Below, one piece after another: positions 48,003 through 55,964 of a stretch of DNA of 64,000 bases. Below the pieces are notes generated by a model. The model was not told where the DNA came from, ran no database searches, and saw only the letters and a program-made list of their open reading frames with translations. A program made the position numbers and the translations under genes. Where the stretch lies: the IMG/VR virus record IMGVR_UViG_3300021356_000797, positions 1 to 64,000 of that record. One strand, written 5' to 3'. Numbering within the stretch: position 1 is the stretch's first letter; each line of letters begins with the position of its first letter. This stretch comes from a virus.

Positions 48003-51000
48003 TGAAAGGCCGGATTACTAAAACAGGGTATAGAAGAAATTCACCAGACGTGAATAATGACTTTAATATTATTCCTAGTAATAGGATTAGTATGAAAGGC
48101 GTAGACTTTCCTGTGTTGGGTATTGATAACTTGGGCAATACTCAATTAATGCATCCCGGAGGAGAGTATGAATATCAAGGAGATTATGTCACAGAGCTCC
48201 CTATGTATGGTTCTGGTGGCCTCACTCAGTGGTTTGCAGAGGAATGGGTGGACATTAAGACTGGTAAAAAATGTGGTAGATCTGGAAAAGACAAAAAGGG
48301 AAGACCTTACCCAGCGTGTAGACCAAGCAAAAGAGTAAACAAGACAACACCTAAGACAGCTTCTGAGTTATCTGCAGCTGAGAAAGCTAAGTTTAAAAGA
48401 AAGAAGAAGTCAGGTAAACGTATTGATTATAATCATAAGCGTGCTCAAGAAGGTACTGAAGTCCCATTAAATCGTAGTGAAGTATTTAACATTCCTAGAA
48501 CTCTTAGATATGAAAATGGTAATATGGTTCTTCAAGATAAACCTGTCTGGGACGGAATGCTTGACGAAGTTACTATTACTCCTTATACTCAATCTGAAAT
48601 TGCATTTCAGGAACTAATGAATAATAAAGCAACTGGAGGTTTAGAGCCTGTATATCCTGTATTTGAGGTGCTTAGTGCAGGTATAAAAACTCCTTTTACA
48701 GCAAGTGCTAAAGCTTTACAAACTGGCGTTAGAAAAGCTCCTTCTGTAATTAACCCTAGATATTTTAAACCTAACTCTAACATGTACTATAGAGGTATAG
48801 GTAAAAAAGGTATGGAAGATGCTTTACAGTCGGGGTTGTTTAGAGCTAAACCTGCTGATCAAATTCCTGCACGCATGGTAGATTTAGGATCTGTGGGTAA
48901 AGTAGACATGGCTAAACGTTTTAATAAGACTTACTATAGTCCTCGTTTTAATATTGCAGATCAATATGGTGCAGGATATATAGCAGAGGTACCTAAAGAT
49001 GCAGCTAAGTTTAGCAAACGTTATAAAAACACTGACTGGAGCATGTCTACTAGAGAACAGATTCCAGTTAGTAAAGGCCGTATACTAGAAAAAAATTGGT
49101 GGTCTGGTTATAAACCAGTTAAAAAATACGGAGGTTCACTACCTAAAGCTCAGGAAGGTAATAGTGAAGCACCATTAAACCGTGGTGAAATATTTAATAT
49201 TCCTAGGACAATGGGATATGAAGATGGTAAAATGGTTGTTCAAGACAAACCTATCTGGGATGGTATGCTTGACGAGGTTACTATTACACCTTATACGCAA
49301 GGTAATATTTTATCTGAGTATATGATGAATAACAAAGCTACAGGAGGATTAGAACCAGTATACCCTGTTTTTGATTTAATGACTTTAGGTTTAAAAGCTC
49401 CTGCAACAGCTGGGGTTAAAGCTATACAAGCGGGTATTAAAAAAGCACCTTCTAAATTAAACCCTAAGTATTATAATCCTAATATGTATGCAAAAGGGAA
49501 TCCAAACGTTATGTATAGACAGGTTGGAAAAGATGCTTATCAGGATTTTGCAAATAGTGGATTTGTGAGAACTAAAGCTGAAATTACAGATAATCCTATA
49601 TTAGGGTTACTTGAGACACAAAAAGAAATAAAAGATGTTCTACGTTATAATAAAGAGTATAGACCATCTCAATATAGACACGCTACAGACTTTAGAGCTC
49701 CTTTTTTTAGCAGAGGTAAAACAACTACAATAAAAGATGGGGGTGCTGATTACTTGATTCAAACTCGTCCTGATAAAGTTGGACCTAATAATTTTTATAG
49801 TGCACAGTGGAATATTCTTCATGGAGATCAGCCGCCCGTTGTAGGTGGGTTTGGAATAATGGATCCTATGTACAGAGCTGCGGATAACTTTGATGTATTT
49901 AAGAAAAGTTGGTGGCATGGTTATAAACCGGTTAAACAATTAGGAGGATCTTTAACCAAATATCAAGTACAAGGAGAAGTATTTCCTACAATGCTTGATG
50001 AAGTAACTGTTATTGATAAAGGAGCGCCTTCTGCATTTGGTAAAGGAAGTTCAGATAGAATGGGTACTACCTATACTATTCCAATGAATATAAAAAATGC
50101 TAGAGGGTATAGTCAAAATGGAATGCGTGTTTTATTTGACAGCCCTGGTAAATTAGCAAAAGATGCTCAAAAGGAATTTAGATCTCAATTTGGTTTTAAT
50201 GCTAATAAGTTAAAGAAGAATTTTAAAAACATATTTAGTCAAGACTTTATAACTCTTGGAGATGATCAGACTTTTCAAAATGCAGCTTATGCTGGCCCCA
50301 TGAGTTTAAGTAATTCTTATTTTATTAATGAGTCAGATAATATTATTGAGCCAAGAACTATTAGCAGGAGTAATACAAAAGTTACTACTAACCTTATTAA
50401 TAATGATAGATCTGCTTTACTTGCAGATATGGCAAGACCTGGTACTAAAGCAGACTTTTTTAATTTATTTCAACAACGTGAAGGTTTTAGACCTTATTTA
50501 GAGGCTAAGGTTAGTAATGGTAAAGTGTATGATGCTAAACTTGGTGAGGAAGATGTTACATCCAGAAGTCCTTTTGAATCTAATATGATTAACTATCTAG
50601 GTAGTGATGCATATTTTGAAAGACTTGCTGGCACTCAATATAATAATGAGATAGATGTTAATAAATGGTCTACAGATAAAGACTATAGAAAATCTTATGC
50701 AGAACGTTTAAAAGCAGATAAACCAGAATTCCTTAAAAATTATTATGAAGGTCTTTCAAAAACTCTTGCAAATCCTATAGTTGCTGAAATAGATCACAAT
50801 CTTGGATCATATGCTAGTGCAGGAACACATAACCATGGAACTTTAACAGGACAAAATGTTATAGATTACAACCCTTATAACTTTAATAATGCCTTTGGAG
50901 GAGCAGAGAAAAGAAAAGAAGCCTTGATAAAAGAGTTAGAACGTAGAGGGGCTACTCCTGCGGAAATTGATGTAACAATGGAATATGGTATAGGGCCAGG

Positions 51001-52537
51001 AATGAATGATAATTTTTCCGATGTAATGTCTCATGAGCTTGCCCATGTTTATAGTCTGGGATCTAAAGATTATATTTTAAATAATGAGTCTGCAAACGTA
51101 GCTCCTGGTATAGATAAAGAATATGAGCTTTTATGGAATATAAACAAAGACACAAAAGATCAACCTTTTTATTCATATCAAAACCATTTAAATACTGGGT
51201 CAAAACCTATTAGTTATAATACTGCTTTAAACAGTGAAATACAAAATGTTGCTGACCGTTTAAATACTAGGTACCATAACATTTCTCCTGAAGAAACTAA
51301 AGCTGATGTATATGGTATCAGAAACTATCTTCTTAGAACTCAAGGTCAAGATTATGATCAACCCTTTACTAAAGAAAATTATGATTCTTTAATGAATGAT
51401 GACAAATTTAAAGAAGGTTTGTTTTATAAGCGCATGCAAGAAAGATATGGTGATGATCAATCTAAATGGATGAAAGCTATGAATCTTATTGCTTCAAAAG
51501 AAGATGGTAAAAATTATAGAATGTATGCAGAACGTGGTGGGCAGTTGCCTAAAGCTCAAAAGGGTAATGGTGAAAAACACACTGTAGCATCAGGTGAAAC
51601 ATTCTATGGTATTGCTAATAAAAATGGTATTGCTTGGGAAGATCTTGTTAGTGCTAACCCAGGTGTTGATATAGAAAAACTTTCAGTTGGTCAGATCATT
51701 AATATCCCATCTGTTTCAAAATCAGGGGGTGTAAAAATTACATACTCAGATCCTGAACTTAACATTCTTCAGCAAGAAAGAGAGCTTGGAAATATAAAAC
51801 AATCAGAGCCAGAACAAGTAGAACAGGTTAAAATTACAAAGCAACCTGTTGAAACTAAAACTACTCAGGTATATGATGGTCCTGGTTATTTTCCAGAAGC
51901 GTTGCTACTTAAGCAAGCATATAAAGAATCTACATTTAATCCGGCTGCTCAATCTAAGATTAAAGATCCGGCTCAAGGATTTGCCCAGTTTAGACCTATT
52001 ACTGTAAGAGAATTGCAGAGACTAGGTTTTGCTGATGATACATTTGATCCTTTTGATTACACTCAGTCTATTGGTGCTCAAAGAGATTATATGAACTATT
52101 TGTATACTAGACCATGGATAGATAAGCCTAATCAATCTGAAGAGGTGAGATTAGCAAAAACATTAGCAGCATATAATTGGGGACCAGAAGTATTTAAGAC
52201 ATTCTTGACTAATAAGAAAGCAGCTGGAGTAGATATATATAACTCCTTAGATTGGGTAGATCAATTACCTGGAGAAACTGGTGATTATATTAATAAGATT
52301 TTATTAGATAGTGATGAGCAATTCCAGGCAGATTATCAAAAAGCTCTTAAAGACAGTGCTAACTTAAAGTACATTAACCTTTATAATCTAAAAGCAGGAG
52401 GAGAATCTCTACCAGTATATAATACATATAAGACTAAGAATAGAGCTTGGTTAGCAGCGCGTAAAAATTTAGGCGCTAATAAGAAGTTTATGTACGGTGG
52501 TAAAGTTTACTCTACAAGCACACCTAAAGGGCTGTAA
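48002..52537 (+). CDS. multidomain internal virion (cargo) protein: basic module, two ART-like cassettes, zincin, LysM, lytic transglycosylase (SLT)
   Basis: HTVASGETFYGIA...LSVGQIINIP (LysM); KESTFNP..GFAQF..AAYNWG..ET.DYI (SLT); SHELAH; internal duplication. Confidence 0.75.
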   Translation: MKGRITKTGYRRNSPDVNNDFNIIPSNRISMKGVDFPVLGIDNLGNTQLMHPGGEYEYQGDYVTELPMYGSGGLTQWFAEEWVDIKTGKKCGRSGKDKKGRPYPACRPSKRVNKTTPKTASELSAAEKAKFKRKKKSGKRIDYNHKRAQEGTEVPLNRSEVFNIPRTLRYENGNMVLQDKPVWDGMLDEVTITPYTQSEIAFQELMNNKATGGLEPVYPVFEVLSAGIKTPFTASAKALQTGVRKAPSVINPRYFKPNSNMYYRGIGKKGMEDALQSGLFRAKPADQIPARMVDLGSVGKVDMAKRFNKTYYSPRFNIADQYGAGYIAEVPKDAAKFSKRYKNTDWSMSTREQIPVSKGRILEKNWWSGYKPVKKYGGSLPKAQEGNSEAPLNRGEIFNIPRTMGYEDGKMVVQDKPIWDGMLDEVTITPYTQGNILSEYMMNNKATGGLEPVYPVFDLMTLGLKAPATAGVKAIQAGIKKAPSKLNPKYYNPNMYAKGNPNVMYRQVGKDAYQDFANSGFVRTKAEITDNPILGLLETQKEIKDVLRYNKEYRPSQYRHATDFRAPFFSRGKTTTIKDGGADYLIQTRPDKVGPNNFYSAQWNILHGDQPPVVGGFGIMDPMYRAADNFDVFKKSWWHGYKPVKQLGGSLTKYQVQGEVFPTMLDEVTVIDKGAPSAFGKGSSDRMGTTYTIPMNIKNARGYSQNGMRVLFDSPGKLAKDAQKEFRSQFGFNANKLKKNFKNIFSQDFITLGDDQTFQNAAYAGPMSLSNSYFINESDNIIEPRTISRSNTKVTTNLINNDRSALLADMARPGTKADFFNLFQQREGFRPYLEAKVSNGKVYDAKLGEEDVTSRSPFESNMINYLGSDAYFERLAGTQYNNEIDVNKWSTDKDYRKSYAERLKADKPEFLKNYYEGLSKTLANPIVAEIDHNLGSYASAGTHNHGTLTGQNVIDYNPYNFNNAFGGAEKRKEALIKELERRGATPAEIDVTMEYGIGPGMNDNFSDVMSHELAHVYSLGSKDYILNNESANVAPGIDKEYELLWNINKDTKDQPFYSYQNHLNTGSKPISYNTALNSEIQNVADRLNTRYHNISPEETKADVYGIRNYLLRTQGQDYDQPFTKENYDSLMNDDKFKEGLFYKRMQERYGDDQSKWMKAMNLIASKEDGKNYRMYAERGGQLPKAQKGNGEKHTVASGETFYGIANKNGIAWEDLVSANPGVDIEKLSVGQIINIPSVSKSGGVKITYSDPELNILQQERELGNIKQSEPEQVEQVKITKQPVETKTTQVYDGPGYFPEALLLKQAYKESTFNPAAQSKIKDPAQGFAQFRPITVRELQRLGFADDTFDPFDYTQSIGAQRDYMNYLYTRPWIDKPNQSEEVRLAKTLAAYNWGPEVFKTFLTNKKAAGVDIYNSLDWVDQLPGETGDYINKILLDSDEQFQADYQKALKDSANLKYINLYNLKAGGESLPVYNTYKTKNRAWLAARKNLGANKKFMYGGKVYSTSTPKGL
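48443..49475 (+). repeat. duplicated ~110-codon header (about 48443-48770 and 49148-49475) inside the cargo protein
   Basis: AQEG..PLNR.E.FNIPRT..YE.G.MV.QDKP.WDGMLDEVTITPYTQ...MNNKATGGLEPVYPVF occurs twice. Confidence 0.9.
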
Positions 52538-52558
52538 ATATGGTAGTCTGCTATAATT

Positions 52559-52570
52559 TTTGTATATTAT
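52559..52570 (+). promoter_or_regulatory. putative late promoter TTTGTATATTAT
   Basis: Recurrent motif 23 nt upstream of ATG 52593. Confidence 0.62.
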
Positions 52571-52592
52571 AAATGAGATATCGTAACTAGTT

Positions 52593-53954
52593 ATGTCAAA
52601 AAATATTCCCACAAATAAGAAGCTTTATGCTAGAGTAAAAGCAGAAGCTAAAAAGAAATTTGATAGATGGCCTTCTGCCTATGGATCTGCCTGGCTTGTA
52701 AAAGAATACAAGAAACGTGGCGGAGGTTATAGAAAGGCAGAAGAAGGAATGGAAGTTCCTGATTATGGTTACGGTGGCGGCATGAACTATGCAGACTATG
52801 CTTACATGTATGGTGGTGAAGATGCAGACATGATGGAATATGCAAAGGGTGGTGGGATACCTGAGCGTTACAAGAACATGGGATTCACTAAAGTAGGTGT
52901 AAAGAAAAAGTCTACACGTCCTGGTAAAAAGTGGATGGTACTTGCTAAGAAAGGAGACAAGTACAAAGTGGTACACGGTGGTTTTAAAGGAATGAAAGAC
53001 TACACCCAACACGGTAGCTCTAAAAGACGTAAACGTTTTTGGGATAGAATGGGTGGTAAAGACTCTGCTAAAGCTAAAGATCCATTTAGCCCACTATACT
53101 GGCACAAGAGATTTGGTACCTGGGAAGAAGGTGGTGAAATCTTTAATGAGGATTCTATGGATTTCTACGCACAAGGTGGTGGTACAGATAACCCAGGATT
53201 TAAAGCATTACCTCCAGAAGTACAGCAAAACATTCTAGACAATATGGGTATTGGTGGTGAGTGCTATGCTTGTGGTGGTCAAAAGAAATATCAGCTTGGT
53301 GGTAAGCCTGGAAATCCATTTACTCAAGAAGAGTTGGATTATATGGAGAGCATGTATCAACAACCTGATCTAGAATATTTACCTTATCCAGATGATACTG
53401 GTAACTTGGATGTAATGTACCCAAACCCAGCCATGGGGTTAGATGTAATGCCCCCAGACTCAACTATAGAGTTAGATGAAGTGGTAGTAACAGATACTAG
53501 ACTTGGTGGTTTAAAGCCTAAGCCAATTCCAGATATGACTCCGGAAATGTTTGAGCCTGCTTTAATGCCGGTAACACTACCAGAAAGAGTGGAGTCTTAT
53601 ATAGAAGATCCAGAGAAAGAGGAAGAGCAAAAGAATAAGCCTAATAGAAGATTACAGTGGGCTATGGGTAGAATTGCTATGGCTAATGCTGCAAATCAGT
53701 TTATGGAAAACATGAATGACCGTAAACAAGAAGCTAAAATGAGACAGAATCTTCTTACTGATAACTTTGTACCAATGATTACAGGTAATGACAGAGGAGA
53801 CTATGATATAAATACAGGTATCTTTAGACCTGATGATTATGTACCTACACAGTTTCAATCTTTTATGGCAAAGGGTGGACAGATTGGTATGGTAGATGAA
53901 GACATATTACAAGAACTTATTGCAGCAGGTGCTGACATTGAAATCTTAGACTGA
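52593..53954 (+). CDS. cargo protein made of short basic modules separated by xxxGG motifs
   Basis: Nine [YMW]xxGG motifs; PSAYGSAWLVKEYKKRGG and STRPGKKWMV..DYTQH modules. Confidence 0.72.
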   Translation: MSKNIPTNKKLYARVKAEAKKKFDRWPSAYGSAWLVKEYKKRGGGYRKAEEGMEVPDYGYGGGMNYADYAYMYGGEDADMMEYAKGGGIPERYKNMGFTKVGVKKKSTRPGKKWMVLAKKGDKYKVVHGGFKGMKDYTQHGSSKRRKRFWDRMGGKDSAKAKDPFSPLYWHKRFGTWEEGGEIFNEDSMDFYAQGGGTDNPGFKALPPEVQQNILDNMGIGGECYACGGQKKYQLGGKPGNPFTQEELDYMESMYQQPDLEYLPYPDDTGNLDVMYPNPAMGLDVMPPDSTIELDEVVVTDTRLGGLKPKPIPDMTPEMFEPALMPVTLPERVESYIEDPEKEEEQKNKPNRRLQWAMGRIAMANAANQFMENMNDRKQEAKMRQNLLTDNFVPMITGNDRGDYDINTGIFRPDDYVPTQFQSFMAKGGQIGMVDEDILQELIAAGADIEILD

Positions 53955-55906
53955 TGAAGAAGATAAAAATTAATAAACTTCCTAAAGGCTTTCACAGAAT
54001 GCCAGACGGCACAATCATGAGAGACTCAGACCACCAGAAAATGCAAGCTGGTGGTCAACCTGTTTTAGGGCCAACACCTAGAGCAGCAGCTAATCTTGAA
54101 GCAGAAAAGGGAGAAACAGTTGTTACAGATTTAGATAATAACATGATTCCTGAGCACTATAAGATTGGTGGTAAGAAGCACAGTGAAGGTGGTACACCTC
54201 TTAATCTTCCTCCCAAGTCTTTTATCTTTTCAGATCATAAGTCTATGTCAATTAAAGGTGATGACTTAAAGAAGTTTACTAACACTAGTAAAAAGTCTAT
54301 GACCCCAGCAGCTATTGCAGGGTTAAAGAAGTTTGACATTAGTGAAGAGAATAAAATTCTAAAAGATCAAGATGCAGATAAAATGGCTAAGGCTACTGCA
54401 GAGCGTAACATTCAAGCTAAGCTTGTCAAGTTAGGAGAGCTTGCTATGCTTCAAGAGTCTAAGAAAGATTTTGATAATGGTATTCCTGAAATTGCGTTGC
54501 CATATTTAAAACGTAATGGAGTAACTCCTGAACAAGTAGAGATGATTAATGCAGAGCTTGAGCAGAGAAATATGATGGAAGAAATGGCTGCTTATGGTAA
54601 AGAGATGTATGGATGGGGTGGTCAAAAGAAAATGCAGGGAGGTGGTCAGCCTAATGTATCTTATGCTCCTGATGCATTAAAAGTATTTAATCAATATGGT
54701 CTAACATTTAGTTTACCTGGTGCAACTGCATACGCAGATGTACAGGGTTATAAAGGAGATGGTCTATTCGGTGATGCTGAAACTAACCTTCCTGGGTTCT
54801 TTGAAGAGTTTACTGGAGTGTACTCTGATATTGATGCACTTAAAGAATCTTTAGATGATTATGGTGTTAATGATGTAAACCCTGAAGTTAAGAAATTCCA
54901 AGAGTGGTATACTAATACCCACATTCCTGAAGTAGCAAATCAGATTCGTGCTGAAGTAAAAGAGAAGAGAGGTTATGAGATGACTGATGATGAGTTCAAC
55001 GGTCTTGTAACTGGTCTTACTAGTGAGTTTGGTTTTCAGGATGGTAAGAAAGGATTTGGATTTGATGGTAAGATGGGTACTGTAACTTCTGGTAGAAGAA
55101 GGTTAGGTTACTCTATAGATCCTATTGAAGATACCCCGGAAATTACACCACCAGAAACTATTCCTTATGAAGGAGAGGGTAGTGATACTAATTTTTATCA
55201 GCAAGATCTTGTAAAGATTGGTGCTAAGCTTGCAGATAGAGCAAACAGATACTATGGTTATACTCAAAGATTACAACCATACTTACCTGATCCGGTATTC
55301 TTAGATCCTGAAAGAGAGTTGCAAGCTAATCAAGAGGCTTATGCTACAGCTGCAGCTACTCAAGGTCTTGTGGGCAGAGGTCAAAATTTAGCCGGCAATC
55401 TTTCTTTAATGCAAGGAAAGCTGGCGGAGCAACAAGCTAATACATTAGCTAGATATACAAACGCTAATAATCAAATAGCTAACAGCTTTGAGCTTAAGCG
55501 TGGAGATGCTATTAATGCTTTCCAAGAGTACAACGCATTGCAGAATAGACAGCAAGCTATGGATACTGCCATTGTTAACCAGCAGTATGATAACTTTAGA
55601 CGTCAGAAAAGAAATGATTTGGCTAATCTATATGCACAAGCTTTAACTAACAGAGCAGAAACAGATCTTCTTAATGATCTGTATCCTCAATATAGTATTG
55701 AACCTTTAACTGGGGGTATGGGATACTTTACCGGTAGAGGTTGGGATCCTAATTCTGATATGACTGCTTATGATAAGTTCCGTCAACAGTATTTACAAAC
55801 TACTTTAGGAGGCCCTAGAACTAAAGAAGAAGGCTCAGTACAAAAGAAATATGGTGGTTCTGCCTATAACAGAATGGGATTGAGTAAATTTATCAAGCGT
55901 AAATAA
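53954..55906 (+). CDS. internal virion cargo protein
   Basis: NLEAEKGE...GKKHSEGG...FIFSD motif typical of crAss-like cargo proteins; Gln/Ala/Asn-rich helical C-half. Confidence 0.68.
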   Translation: MKKIKINKLPKGFHRMPDGTIMRDSDHQKMQAGGQPVLGPTPRAAANLEAEKGETVVTDLDNNMIPEHYKIGGKKHSEGGTPLNLPPKSFIFSDHKSMSIKGDDLKKFTNTSKKSMTPAAIAGLKKFDISEENKILKDQDADKMAKATAERNIQAKLVKLGELAMLQESKKDFDNGIPEIALPYLKRNGVTPEQVEMINAELEQRNMMEEMAAYGKEMYGWGGQKKMQGGGQPNVSYAPDALKVFNQYGLTFSLPGATAYADVQGYKGDGLFGDAETNLPGFFEEFTGVYSDIDALKESLDDYGVNDVNPEVKKFQEWYTNTHIPEVANQIRAEVKEKRGYEMTDDEFNGLVTGLTSEFGFQDGKKGFGFDGKMGTVTSGRRRLGYSIDPIEDTPEITPPETIPYEGEGSDTNFYQQDLVKIGAKLADRANRYYGYTQRLQPYLPDPVFLDPERELQANQEAYATAAATQGLVGRGQNLAGNLSLMQGKLAEQQANTLARYTNANNQIANSFELKRGDAINAFQEYNALQNRQQAMDTAIVNQQYDNFRRQKRNDLANLYAQALTNRAETDLLNDLYPQYSIEPLTGGMGYFTGRGWDPNSDMTAYDKFRQQYLQTTLGGPRTKEEGSVQKKYGGSAYNRMGLSKFIKRK

Positions 55907-55950
55907 ACCTTGAAGGTTTACTAAACTTACCAGATTTTTTAGTATATTGT
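55905..55950 (+). promoter_or_regulatory. palindrome AAACCTT-g-AAGGTTT followed by promoter variant TTTAGTATATTGT
   Basis: Read directly, upstream of ATG 55965. Confidence 0.55.
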
Positions 55951-55964
55951 ATATATAGACTAGT

